Source: Lytechinus pictus
Lineage: Eukaryota
Reading direction: 5' to 3'
DNA: 64,000 nt
Assembly (NCBI RefSeq): GCF_037042905.1
Contig: NC_087245.1
Span: forward strand, 33,916,001 to 33,980,000
Positions 1-12,774 of the stretch are shown piece after piece. A program made the translations under genes and the position numbers. The notes beneath the pieces were generated by a model. The model made no database searches. It saw only the letters and a program-made list of their open reading frames with translations, and had not been told where the DNA came from. The stretch's first letter is position 1, and the number at the start of each line of letters is the position of its first letter.

Positions 1-574
1 TGCACCGTGCTATTTTTTTGTAGTGCCCCATGCACCTAAAGTGGTGTAAGCTCCAAGTTAGATGGCAAAAGCTTCGGTCTCTGTGAGTGTGAGTGTAGGC
101 CTAATGGTTGCTCAGCTGAACTCCGTCGGCTCTAGCCAGGAGTTTCAGTTTTTTTGGGCGGGTTGTGTGAAGATTGCGAATAAAGTATAAAATAAGTGTG
201 TGGAGCACAAAGAAGAATTGTACAGGAAACAGACATGTTTCATTCACAAATCTTGAGCTGTGATCTCATTGACATTGGGTGTTTTGGCTCTCATTTGCAT
301 ATTTTCCCATAATATAAAACCTATGTAGTGCGAGAAGTTTCTCTGCGAACCACCGATCAACCTCATACTAAACACGACGTATTTCCTTCAAGATTTCGAG
401 TTGAAAATCTAATTTTCTTCATATATGGAGCTGGGTTTCACCACTCTGGGGCACTCGTCATCCCCGACCATTTGCCAAACAGCAAAAGGTAGGGGATGGG
501 ACTAGAGGTATGTGAGGCGTACTCATAGACAAAATTTGTGATAAAAAATGTAAAAGTAAGAGAGTTTGACTTAC

Positions 575-760
575 CAGTCTTTCCCCCCGAACCAAACGTT
601 GATCTTCCTTCCGTTGTTGCTGGAATTTATCTTGGACTCAACGATATCTTGTCAATTATTCGAGGACTCTTCGGTAAATCGTCAGAATGTATGATGAAAT
701 TTGTCATGATCCTCAGCAGCGCATAGACTTCTACGTAGAGGATGTAACGCGCCCTCTTGT
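575..760 (-). other. Possible non-coding 5' exon of a minus-strand transcript leaving the window
   Basis: On minus, a relatively GC-balanced stretch ends in a consensus donor CTG|GTAAGT (569-574). It contains only short ORFs. Confidence 0.25.
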
Positions 761-2984
761 GCTCAATTAAAGAAAGCTAACGGAAGCGACCACACCACTG
801 TCCTCTACAAAGCTGTATAAAAATGCTTCTCACCACAGATACCTGTTTCCGGTGATGCTTCTATTTCGGAAATCCAAGATCCAGCGATAGTAGTCTCTTT
901 CTCCCCTGACACACAATATTTTATTTTTATTATTTTATACATCAGAATAATTTTAGCGCCATCAGCTTAGTTTATTCTATAATGAACTGTATCTTGTCGT
1001 ATGCTGAAAGGAAATATGATGCCTTTTTTTTTTGGGGGGGGGGGTTATTGCTTCTTTTCTCGATCCCCGATGCCTCTCTTTTATTGAGTACTATCATTGT
1101 AAGGGTTAATTATTAATATTATTTTGGTTTTCTATTATTTTTCATATTATTATGGAATATTCATCATCATATCACTTTTGTAAGCCAACATTTTGTACCA
1201 TCCTGAAATTAATATGGGTAAAGGCTGAAATGTGAAAAGAATGGAAGGGGCAAGAAACTCAAGACAAAGTGATAAAACAGAACATAATTACGTTCCAATT
1301 CTTTTTAATGAGTTTCTTTTATTTATCCAGGATGGGGAGCACATCAGGCTCGTGCCCACCCCCTCGAAAGCCATAGAACACATTTATTTTGCATCCATTT
1401 TGTTTGATAATTTGTACTGTTAATTTCATTTGATTGCAATCCTTTATGTTTGGATTTGAAATCAATTAAATTAACTTGAAACTTTCCCGCCCTCCCCTTG
1501 AAAATTGTGATCTACCCCTAAATAGGCCTTTGTGGTAAGTGATTTTTTATTTTATTTATTTCTTAATGAAAATCCTTTAGGTTAGGATTTTAAATCAATG
1601 AAAACAAACTTGAAACTTCATACTGTATAGCGAGGAGCTGTTATCATAATAAATAAATAACTAAATCAAATAAATCAAAATCAAATCATAATTGTGAAAT
1701 TATTCGTTACATAAATCTCCATCACGGGGGGGGGGGGAGCTTGTTATTTTTTTCTGTAAAAGAAACCACCCCCTCCCCCTTTGGAAAATCCTGGATTCTC
1801 CCCTGATTAGACCCACAGTAAAGTTTGTTATTCTGAATTTCTGTTACATAATAATTTGGAAATTAATGCCTAACTTTGTGAAAAGTATTTCTATCGTCAG
1901 GTTCATTAATTAGAAAAGAATAAGGGGCTTTTTCATCAAGAGTCCCATAACAGAAAATTAACAAAATCGAAACAACTGAATTTCTCCTTAATTTTTTTTT
2001 ATTTCATACAAAAATGTCTTTTTTCATTCCACTTTCACAACTACTAGTATCACTTTTGACTTTGTATAAACATGAAACAAAATTGCAAATTTGTCTTGAT
2101 TGAGGCTATCAAGACTTCCTTACCAGAATTCATTACAAGCAAAGTTTCGTCGAAACATCAATGGTCAGTGGTCCAAACGGGTTGATGAGCCTCTCTATGG
2201 TTTCGTGAGTTCTTTTTTCTTTTTCGATTTGTCACTGTCGAACACAATAGACGTAATGGAGGCAGTTGGATGAGGTTCACGTTGAGAAATCGGTGAGTTT
2301 TTATTCATTTTTTATATCATATTTATTAATTTAAAGTCATATCTGTCAAAATAACAGTTTACATCAACGGATCAGTTCAAGTATGAACTGATTCGCGATG
2401 CTTTGGGCAACAGATGGGGGGAAAATGACCAATGTATATTTTAACAATAGAGAGGTATACAGCCGAGAACGAGGTTATATTATTTATAACCTCGTTCGTA
2501 GGATGAGTGCTCTGGGGCTACACCGCTATTCCAACGCGTGTTGGAAAAGTCGACGCCAGACGGGTACGTTTTGGCCTTGAATTTCCAGCAAATTAATCAA
2601 AATTACGGCCTAAATTTAGGTCTATGTTATCAATTATATACTAATTTCATAATTATAATGTAAAACGGGTACTCACGGGTTCTTTTCTTTCCAAATTTTG
2701 TGTTTTCATCGCCTCTTCTGGCCAACTCTTGCGATGGATTTTGTCGCCATGGCATAGGATCCTGTACGTGCAAATCCAGGGCGAGTTGTCACATGACGCT
2801 CGCGAGTCTCTAGGGGTAATGGCCTTTAATCAAGGCGTTCTTTTTGCTATAATTTTATAATGACGCTTAAATATCGAAATCAATGTAGACGAGTCTGTGC
2901 AGGGGCATAACAGGGGTATATAAGAGGGGGCATAGTACATGTCGCATGTGGAAGATAAAAGTTACGTAATGTAAGCCCCGAGCA

Positions 2985-3296
2985 CTAGCGTACCTAGGGG
3001 GGGGGCAGTCTGCCCCCCCCCCCCCCCGATGAGTCACAAACCCATGCAAATTACATATCTCTGCCCCCCGGCCCCCCTGACGAGCTTGAAAACCTATTTT
3101 GCCCCCCTCCCGACGAGCTTGAATACCTATTTTGCCCCCCCTGGCGAGCTTGAAGACTTTTTTTTTGCTTGTCAATTTTTTTCTGGTACGATTGAAGACC
3201 TTTTTCATTGAAGAGCCTTTTTTTCCTTTTTTTTGCTTGTCAAATTTTTTGGCGGCCGATTTTGCCCCCCTGTGGAAAATCCTAGGTACGCCATGC
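2985..3296. mobile_element. G/C-run MITE with internal ~30-bp tandem repeats
   Basis: Terminal inverted match GCGTACCTAGG ... CCTAGGTACGC, and three copies of cgagcttgaa..cctattttgccccc. Confidence 0.6.
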
Positions 3297-3619
3297 ACTG
3301 CCCGCGCTACATGTATGTTGGTAGCCCTGGGACCTCTGGATATTAACTAATCCAATTTAATTACAGATGGCAGATTTTTTTATTATCTGAGTAGCCCCCC
3401 CCCCCCCCCGGATTATTTGTTCTCACATTACTTTCCTTTTTAAATTTCCTTTCGTTCTTTCTTTCATTTTTCTTTCTTTCTTCCTTCCGTTGCTCCTATG
3501 TTTTTTTTTCAGGTGAAATCCACTCGGGGGATGGCCAGCCATGCCCCCATCTGTTTATGCCTCTGAGATGTAGGCTATACTCATGATCTTAATCTTCGAT
3601 TTTCCAAAGTAGGGGGGTG

Positions 3620-4500
3620 CAATTTCTCAAGTAAAATTTGACAACCCCCCAAAAAGGTTATCACAGAAAAATTGTCATTTTGTCTCGCGTAAGATTTGAC
3701 AAGTAAAAAGAAAAGATGGTTACTAAAAATAAAAGACTCATTTTGTCCGTGTAATATTTGGCAAGCCTCCCCCCCCCCCCCCAAGTTTAACATATCGGAG
3801 GCGCGATGGCTCAGTCGGTAGAGCAGGGGTTTCGGATTCCGGTGACCCGGGTTCGATTCCCAAGTGGTGCGCTAGTGCCCTTAAGGCTTATCCTCATTAC
3901 CAGGTCCCTCGGAGAGGACCTTAAGCCGTTGGTCCCCTGGTTGCTTGCTCACAGGCATTCGTGCTTTTTTAGCAGTCAGGTAAAAAATCTCGATATAACA
4001 TAACATTAAAAAAAAGTGAAGGTCATTTTGTCCTGCGTGAAATTTTAAAAGTAATAAAAAGATGGTCACTAAAATTGAAGTTCATTTTGTTTGTGAAATA
4101 TTTGGCAAGCCCCCCTCCCAAAAAAAGGTTTTAACTAAAAATGATTGAAGGCCATTTTGTTCCTCTTAAAATTTGTCAAGTATAAAAAAAAAAATCACTA
4201 AAAAATGAAGGTCATTTGTCCCACGTAAAATTTGACAAGCCCCCCCCCCCCTAAAAAAAAATGAAAGGTAGCTGATAATGATTGAAGATCATTTTTTCTT
4301 GCATAACATTTTACAAAAAAAAGTGTGTCACTATTTGGCGAGCCCCCTACCCTCCAAAAAAAAGGTTTAATTAATAATGATCGAAGGTCATTTTGTCTCT
4401 CGTAAAATTTGACAAATAAAAAAAAGTTGTCACTAAAAAAAGAAGGTCATCTTGTCGCGCGTTATATTTGGCAAGCCCCCACCCCCCTAAAAAAGTTTGT
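3620..4500. repeat. Degenerate ~60-bp tandem repeat interrupted by a SINE
   Basis: Recurring gaaggtcattttgtc...aaaatttgacaag...actaaaaa units. Confidence 0.6.
3797..3995 (+). mobile_element. tRNA-derived SINE with RTE-type tail
   Basis: A box TGGCTCAGTCGG (3807-3818) and B box GGTTCGATTCC (3850-3860), followed by a non-tRNA body with GGAGAGGACCTTAAGCCGTTGGTCCC. Confidence 0.8.
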
Positions 4501-5589
4501 CATTAAATATAGAAAGTCATATGTTCAAAGTAAAATAAATTTGGGAAGCAAAAAAGAAAAGGACAAAAAAGAGCAAAGAATATGAACAAAATATCCCCAT
4601 TACAAATATTGCTGTGATTCTCATAAGGAGGTGGGGGGGGGGACTTAACTTTGTACGAACGACATTTTTTTTTTACATCCAAAATATTGACTATGAATCT
4701 CAAAAGGTGGAACGGGCCAGAAATGCTCAACCCCCCCCCCCCCCCCCTGATCTGCCATTGATTCCAATCGATAATGACTTTTCCCTGCAATACTGATGCT
4801 TGAAATCAAGATACTGAAGATTGATATATTGTAATATAAATTATGAACGTCTGACAAAAAGATAACCAACCGATCACCTGACCGATCAGCTGACCAGTAC
4901 GTGAATCACATCGTAGTTGATCAGTCCCCACAGCGTTTGGAACGCTCACCAAGAATTCAAGAAAAAAGACTGAAAATGTAAGTTTAACCTCAATCCATTA
5001 AATTTCAAATGTCGTAGAAGTTTCCTTATCATGTTTAAAACTAATTAATACCTAAATTGTTACCATCCACTATGTATTAAGGCGTACATTTGCCAAAGTT
5101 CTTGGGTGCAAATAGAAACGGCAATGTCTAACCGGTTTTATCACTGATGTCGCCTATGAGGTCCATACATGTAATGTTTGGACCTCATTGGTACTAGGAG
5201 TGGGTTTCACTGGCATTGTTGAGGTGCACAGGGGGAAGGAAGAGAATACACTCTAGAAAATGCGACAGTTTCAGGGTTTTTTTGGCGGGTTGTGTGAAGA
5301 TTGCGAATAAAGTATAAAATAAGTGTGTGGAGCTTGGTTTTACTCACTCACACTAATACTAGGTTAGTAATAATATATATATATACTAACCTCGTACAAG
5401 GGACCGTGTTTGACCCTGGATTTCGAAGTAGTCGGCAAACTTCGCTTCATTGCTGAAGTAATATTTGCCGAAATTCCTTCTCGCTACGCACCGGGGCTCT
5501 TTCCGGTAAGTAGCAATACATAACAAAATTATATATATGATTTTGAAATAATTTAATTACAAAAGGAGCAAATTTCGCTTATCTCGGCC

Positions 5590-7680
5590 CAGGGTTGGCG
5601 CGTTTTAAACGGTGTGTTTTAAAACATGTTTTAAAACGCGTTTTAAAACACCTCATAGACTTGTGTGTTATAAATATGCATGGATGTGATTTTACATGAA
5701 TTTATTCTTTATACTTTTATTTCTTAATTGGTTTATTATTTTCTTCTAACTAAATCTCTTTCTCAACACCACTCTTTTTCTCCTCTCTCTTTCCCCCCTT
5801 ATTCTCCCTTTCTCCATTGCTTTGTCATGTTCCTTTCCTCCTGTTCAATTGTGCACATCAATCCATATTTAAGAATATTCTCATTTTAACAAACATCTGA
5901 GTGTTGTGCTCACTTTTAGACAGGGAAAGAAACACTATTTAAAATGAGCTCAAATATGTAATAGTAGTACTTGAATGAAATGGAAGTGTTGCACAAACAT
6001 AATAATATTTTGCAAATAGACTGTATATCTGACATTGTAACCTTGAGGTACACACGAAATTAGGTGAAACTTTGCGCTTCGTAAAGATGAAGAAAAGTAA
6101 TTTAATTCAGTATAAGATAATCAGCTAGCAAACCTTTTTTTCCTCCCTGAACATGTGTGGAACTACCATTGTTTTAACATTTTTTGGTTCAGTCAAGTTG
6201 GTCATTAAATTTTTTATCAAATCTGTAAAAATTGTAATATTGTATTGTTCAAACAATTTTTAAAAAAATAGTGAGGGGCATTATCAACTCTCTCATTTGC
6301 ACATCACTGAGTTGTAATAAATGTTTTGTGAAAAATAAGCGAAATTTTAAAATGTTATAACTTTCTTATTTTACATCCGATTTTGATGAAATTTTCAGCA
6401 TTATGCTTGTTTGAATTTTTTCTACTGATTCAAATCAAACATTTTTCTGGGGTGGACTTGACCTTTAACCCTAACACACCCAGGGGACCGTAATGGCCCC
6501 CTTAAAAATTTATATGATAAATCCATAAGCACAACAGGGCCACGCCATATTGTTCAAGACTATTTTTTGGATACATGCATGGATATGTGGTTATGATATT
6601 ACCATGGAGCTATCAACACATTAATAGCTCAATGATATTACAAGTGCATGACAGACCAGAATTGCTCAATATTGTGATTTCATGTACATGTATAAAGCCA
6701 ATGCAAATTTTTCGCCAACATTTTTATCTGTATCAATATTTGTACTTTTTGTTAATGATTGGAAAATTATTGCCAATAATTTCCATTAAAAATCCGATTA
6801 AAAAAACACAAAAGTAACCACAAAACTGTAGATAAGAAATATGTAAAAAAAAGTTAAAACAAACATTAAAAAAACAATTTGATCAGAATTCCTCAATTAA
6901 AGAAATAAGCAGTTCAAGGGCCTAATATTTATAGATTTAAACCCAATTTTGTATTTCATGCACTTATGGGTACCCGGTTGAATGTAAATTTCATTGTAGC
7001 TTGTCCAGTACTGTGTGCGCCTCAGTGGCGACTGACTTGAATACTACCCAGGGAGTGGAGGATGTGCATACATTGTGTGCGGGAATGACTGATTGAATCC
7101 GATGATTGTGGTGATAAATCTTTAAAGCGCTTAGACATGTCGTTCCAATGTATTAAGCGCGATATAAAAGCGGACTTTTATCATTATTATTACTTAAAAT
7201 TTGTATAATTGATTCAAATGAAATAAAGCATATTGAGTAAATGAAATTAAGCATTGAAAGCCTATAGTCTATAGATTATGTCATTTTCTTACATTGTGCA
7301 AATTCTTCTCACCCCCTAAATTGACAAGACTCAAAAAACCCTGAGACTACATCATATGTATGAGGAATAAACTTATGAAATGTCAACTTACTTTTTCGGC
7401 ATTCGATTTCCTTGATTTCGTTATTTGGGGAAAATATGAACTTTTCTGTTGGAAATTCAGTAAAAAAAATTGTAGTCATCTCTTACTAATACTCCAAAAA
7501 TGTATTTAAAACATCAAGAGCTTAAATCATACTGTATTAAATGTACAATTTAATTGATTTACAGAAAATTACATCGTTCGTTGGGAAAAAAACGTTTTAA
7601 AACGATTTAAAACGTTTTAAAACAATAAAAAGCGTTTTATTTGTTTTTATTAATAAAAAACGTTTTTTATTACAACCCTG
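5590..7680. mobile_element. Probable non-autonomous hAT-like element containing other repeats
   Basis: Ends CAGGGTTG ... CAACCCTG, with clustered subterminal AAAACG/CGTTTT motifs at both ends. No clear TSD. Confidence 0.4.
6965..7192 (+). mobile_element. 3' portion of a SINE with L2-type tail
   Basis: atgggtacccg core, then aaagcgcttagaca...aagcgcgatataaaagc and an (att)n tail. Same tail type as the SINE at 15181. Confidence 0.6.
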
Positions 7681-8329
7681 AGGCATAGCAAGTGACTTCA
7701 TTTGTCTCTTCTACGGAAATACAAGGAAGCCCGTTAGTGGCGCTAATAAATTTCACAACCTTGATTCAGCTCCTCAGTACTTTTATAACTGTGTCTAAAT
7801 TCTTTGAATACGCAATTCTTATGATTAATTTACTAATTATGGGCACCAATAAATGAAATACCTTCAAAAACATAATTCAAGATTACTATTGGGGATGATA
7901 ACACTTTTTTGCAATTAATTTAAAACGATGACTAATAAAAAAAAAAATGAAAAAATACACATGCCTGGAACGAAACCAGCAGTACAAGCTTTAACGAACG
8001 TCAATAATACGGTATACCAAAGTCTATACAATGAAAAGATTGGACACTTTACGGACTTCGCGTAATGCCTTGCGTCGATTTGCGTGTAAAATAGTGTAGG
8101 TGCCTACATGTAGTCTTTCCCTTGTCGTGTCTTTGATATGAATATAAATCACGCGCCCTCTTTAGGCGAAAATTGATATCCACGCTGACCAATTTTTATC
8201 TCTGTGAAATCTTCACTAAAGATCAAGAAAATATACATATTTTTTAAAAGAAACTTCAAGGAGAAGTCACGGAAGGATCTAAATGATTCGGTAAGTGTCA
8301 TAGCAGAATGTGAAATACCAGATTATGCG

Positions 8330-10090
8330 TGATATTTTATGTGGGCAAAAGCCCAGTATATTTTGGATGTGTCGCGTGCATATGACTGATATTCCTTCGC
8401 ACGCGAGACGATATGAACCCATGGGTGGGTTTTACTGGCATTGTTGAGGTGCACAGGGGGAAGGAAGAGAATACACTCTAGAAAATGCTGTGGGTTTGTC
8501 TCAAAGAAACCTACAAATTGCCTGGTATTGTCATTATCCTTTATGCGGTTGATGAGGTCACGGCGCACAGATGCAGCACTTGGCTGGACATGATGAAACA
8601 TACCTCAGGCTCAGGCGATGTTCGTGCAGGCTCTACTCCACTTCACTACCGCTATACTACGCTCCACCTACCCGAACATCGGGACAGTGAACTCGATCGG
8701 ATATTCCGAGTCACAAAGGTGGGATGGCAATCATGGTTATCGTAAAAATTAAAGAAAAAAAATATAACGAGGGATATGAATGACTTAATATCTTACTCTA
8801 CACCCGTATTTCACTCTGTGTCCATCCTCCAGTTATCCTCAAAATTTGTGAATTTGGGCCAGTATCTTTTTCCTCACACATATTATTCACGGCCGATTTC
8901 AAAACATCGCATGCGATCGCGATCGATCAGCAACCTTCAATTTTTACGATAACCATGATTGCCATCCCACCTTTGTGACTCGGAATATCCGATCGAGTTC
9001 ACTGTCCTGATGTTCGGGTAGGTGGAGCGTAGTGTAGCGGTAGTGAAGTGGAGTGGAGTCTGCACGAACATCGCCTGAGGTAGATGAAACAAAGTGTTCT
9101 TCATCTTCTCGATTAGCAGAACACAGTCGACAGATGTCATCAGCAGCCTTTCCAAGTCTGGCCTGAGTCAAGTAAACTTTGCATGAGATCTGGGCTCTGA
9201 TGGTGATAGCTGGTCTCAGGGATGAATTAGCTATATGTCCAGGATACAAGTCAGTAGCCTTGGGCTTTGGTCTCCTGGTCCATAACGAGAGTGAAACTTT
9301 CTTGGATAGAGCCTCACTTTGCCTGGACTCTGATGCTCCAGTCACTGCTAACACCACCATGCGTTTCCAGAGGTTATAGGTTGGAGGTCTAGCCAACAGC
9401 TCGTTCAGTGAAGGAAGATTTAGCATCCTGAGAACAGAGCGCCATTGTTGAACAGAAGGGGTGTTGGCACAGATGCTATGAAGAAATAGCCTGCGTTCTG
9501 TTCTGTCAGGGGCAATGTTCAGGATCTGTCCTAAAAGCAGAAGCATCTCCTTCATAACCAGAAGACTTATAGGCAGTATGTCAGTCAGGAGGTACACAGC
9601 TTCATCAGATGCAGATACTGGAAGCCCTAGTATACGTTTGAAAACAAGATGGACCTGAGCTTTGTCGAGACGATTCAGCATGGCCTTGGAGAAAGACACG
9701 CAAGAGCAGCCATACATGTATAACATGCGTGGGACACAGAAGGTTGACCAAAGCTTGGCAGCGAAGGAGATGATGGAGATGTCCCGACAAGAGCAAAGAA
9801 CACTTTGTATCCTTTAGAGATAGCCTCCGCTGCAAAGTCGAACTGTACATCCCAAGTCCTAGTAATTCCAAGGTGTTTATGGGATGAGACCTCAATGATA
9901 GACTCTCCACCAATGTGCCAAGATAGACCATGATCTTTGTGGTGATTGAAAACTATCACGGCACTCTTAGAGGGGTATCCTGGGTGTATCGTAGAGTTAC
10001 ATTAAGCATCTCCTGGAGCTCTGTTGGGCTGTTGCTGAGAAGCGCTATGTCGTCAGCAAATGCTATGACACCAACATAAAGATTCTTGAT
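8330..10090 (-). mobile_element. 5'-truncated, frameshifted LINE ORF2 fragment (RT C-terminal part and CCHC knuckle; RTE-X-like)
   Basis: AFADDIALLSNSPTELQEMLN, then HKHLGI in a shifted frame, then CRLC...EEHFVSSCP. The last motif is restored only after removing the MITE at 8601-9082. Confidence 0.85.
8601..9082. mobile_element. MITE with ~150-bp TIRs and 9-bp TSD
   Basis: Arms 8601-8754 and 8935-9082 are near-perfect reverse complements. GATGAAACA is duplicated at 8592-8600 and 9083-9091. Confidence 0.9.
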
Positions 10091-10606
10091 TTTACATCTC
10101 ATGTTTACGTTATAATCTTGTTTTCTTTGTTTTTCCCAAGACGACAGCACGCATATCACGATATAAATAATTCCCTCTATTCTTTCAAAATATGGGCCTG
10201 GTATATTTGTTTTATATCCTTCTTTTAGAACAATAAACAATAGATCTTAATAACCTAGTTCTTGTACTTGTATTTCAACCCTTTTTTTTTTTAATATAGG
10301 TAACGCGCTGCACTGACTAACCTACTTTTCCTGAAGCGACACGCTCAGTGGATTAGCGCTGCACCGTCCCTTCACAAGACTTGCCCCGTAGAGACACCAC
10401 GCTGACCGTGCGGCCGAGAGGTCGCATGATCTGCGACATCATTGATGGAATAGTGCGTTATTCCATCATTGACGTCACAGAATAGTAAATTTTCTTCAGT
10501 GGGCATTTCATTTTCAAGATCATTGCAAAATAGTGAGAATATGTTTGGACTTGGTCACATGATCCTATCTAAATCAATCAGCATACAGGATATTAAACAA
10601 TATATA

Positions 10607-10830
10607 GCACCGGTGTGTTGGCTCAGTCGGTAGAGCATCCGTCAGACCAAAAGACATTAAAAGATGGGAGTTGCTGCTACCCTGTTTAGCGTTCAACGAT
10701 TAAAGGGATAGAGCCTCGTCGATCTGGCGCTGCACAGCCGCTGCTGGGCCCATGATCAATTGGGCAAAGCAAGTTTGCGGAGTATTTCATTTCATGTCTA
10801 TTTCGAACAATAAAATATGGATTTTTGCTT
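10607..10830 (+). mobile_element. tRNA-derived SINE with Meta-SINE-like core, B box deleted
   Basis: A box TGGCTCAGTCGGTAGAGC joined directly to accaaaagacattaaaagatgggagttgctgctaccctg. Confidence 0.65.
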
Positions 10831-10997
10831 CATTTCATCATTCATCATATTTGGTTAACTGAACCTACAGTATTCTATGCTTTTATTAAAATTTAAATTT
10901 ATGTAGCGATTTAAAGAATACTGAAAGGTAGTGTAATACATGTACATGTATATGTTATGGTATATTCTGTCTTTATGTCTGACAGTGAATTAAAACT

Positions 10998-11117
10998 AAT
11001 TTTGCCTCCGACGAAGATTCTGCTAGGATCGAAAGCTTAGGCCCCTTTTGACTTTCTAATTTACTCCATTGGATCTCTTTTATTAGATAAGCAGTTTTCA
11101 GCAGCTTTTTTTTTTGC
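10998..11117 (+). mobile_element. Penelope/retrozyme-like insert with minimal hammerhead-like motif
   Basis: gcct-CCGACGA-a-gattct gct aggatc-GAAA-gctt-aggc, flanked by the 15-bp direct repeat CAGTGAATTAAAACT. Confidence 0.55.
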
Positions 11118-11188
11118 CAGTGAATTAAAACTTTGGAAACAACTTAGTATTATTTAGATTTACCTTTTTAAATTGTTTTTTTTTTAAG

Positions 11189-11639
11189 GGTTTGGCAACC
11201 AAGGCAGTTTCAGAGGTGGCGTAGGAGGAGGAGGAGGAGGGGGAGGATCCCAGTCACAGTATAAATGGAGCAGCTCAAACTATGGTACCCAGCAGCAACA
11301 CTATGGTAGCCAGCAACAGAGGGGTCCAGGATCCAGGGATCTCTTTTCAGGAGGAGGAGCAGGAGGTGGAGGTGGAGATGGATCGTGGGGGAACAGAGGG
11401 AGCCATGGGCAGGGAGGCTACCAAGGAGGAGGCAGGGGATCTTGGGCTGGAGGTGGATCAAACCGTGATGGGGGTTTTAGGGGAGGAGGAGGAGGAGGAG
11501 GAAAACAAGTGAATTTTAAGGATTCATTCAACACCTTTCAGGGAAATAAGTTTGGAGAGCTTGCTGACCAAGGCTCAAGGGACGATAGAAGCAACCAGGC
11601 ACATGGTAACACACAAGATGTCCCTGCACAGGAGATCAT
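11189..11639 (+). CDS. NUP42: Nucleoporin NUP42 (NUPL2/CG1) internal coding exon, Gly/RGG-rich
   Basis: Polypyrimidine tract and TAAG acceptor, open frame GFGNQGSFRGG...DVPAQEI, donor AT|GTAAGT. Phase matches the next exon. Confidence 0.8.
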
Positions 11640-12145
11640 GTAAGTAGGCCTATAGATTTCTATCAAGGATGTCTAGCTTAGAAGATCTCTCCTATTATTT
11701 CCAGTGTTGTGAACTATATACCGTATTGCTGAATTGCTAAGTTTCTAACATGATTTTATGTCTTTCTTTAGTTCGGTTTCTTCTGTACTTTATCCAGACA
11801 TTTATTGCATACCCTGATTGAAGCAATGTTTCACAAATGGCCTGAGAATGAAGTTTGATAATGTAAAAAGGCTAAATATTAGTGATGATTGCCATTTTTT
11901 AATGAAAATCTTTTCTTCATTTTTAAATGCACAGGTGTTTGGACTTTAACAAACACTTTCCGCATCCTACAAGTTTGGTGATCCCCTCAACTTTCTGTTA
12001 AAATCAATCCACTGCTTATTAAATGCATTGGTTTGACTTTAAAAATCTGAGCTTCAAGGTCCCTCTTGTCACCTGTGAAGCCCTGAAAAACTGCAACTGA
12101 AAATCATTATCAGACAGTGCTTCAAAGAAGTGAAAAAAATGACCA

Positions 12146-12413
12146 GAGCCCTGTCTTACAAAGAGTTGAGATCATTCCGATCAACCACAACTATGGAAAG
12201 CCAGCAATGTCAACATCTAAATTGCATGTTTGTTCAAAATATTTTCCAGATATGTATATTCATACATTCATTGTTTTCTTCAAATTCAGTGTGCTTCTCT
12301 AAATTTGCAAAGGACATTGTGCAAATTTCCTGTAGAAGAAATTATGACATTGATGGATTTCCATATTAGCTGAGATTGATCGGATCAATTGTAACTCTTT
12401 GTTAGACAGGGCC
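12146..12413. mobile_element. PIF/Harbinger-like MITE, copy 1
   Basis: TIRs gccctgtcttacaaagagtt / aactctttgttagacagggc with CAG on both sides. Homologous copy at 21458-21723. Confidence 0.8.
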
Positions 12414-12679
12414 CAGAAACACCATAGAAATATACAATTTTTTTACTAATATAAGACTCACCATGAGATGAATTGAATAAAATATTTTCAGTCACTCAGA
12501 CAACTTGAAAGTGTCTTCTCGAACTTGATTTTTTTCCAGTGTTTATTACTTTATTTTCATCCATTTGAACAATAAGACAACACTCATCAAAATACACAAT
12601 TTTTGTTTTATAAGTAGGACCTCTGTAATGTTAACCTGTCTTGAATCACTGACTTGCTCATTCGTTTGTTCTTTAATAG

Positions 12680-12774
12680 GGATGGTATCCTCTATGACAT
12701 GGAGGAATGGGAGAGTGGGAAGATGTGGCCTTTTAGCTGTTACGGACCAAACAAATCAAAGTCTTGCTTGGCAG
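12680..12774 (+). CDS. NUP42: NUP42 coding exon
   Basis: DGILYDMEEWESGKMWPFSCYGPNKSKSCLA resembles the recalled human motif [24 protein letters not shown]/GT boundaries. Confidence 0.92.

Noticed and set aside
2867..3350. Lys/Gly-rich ORFs
   Set aside because: They are translations of MITE homopolymer runs and internal repeats.
3797..3870. Functional tRNA gene
   Set aside because: The acceptor stem pairs poorly, there is no poly-T terminator right after it, and it runs into a SINE body. The same applies at 15181 and 10607.
11282..11512. Listed Glu-rich ORF and its antisense Leu-rich ORF
   Set aside because: These are alternative frames of the Gly-rich NUP42 exon. Only the Gly frame splices in phase.
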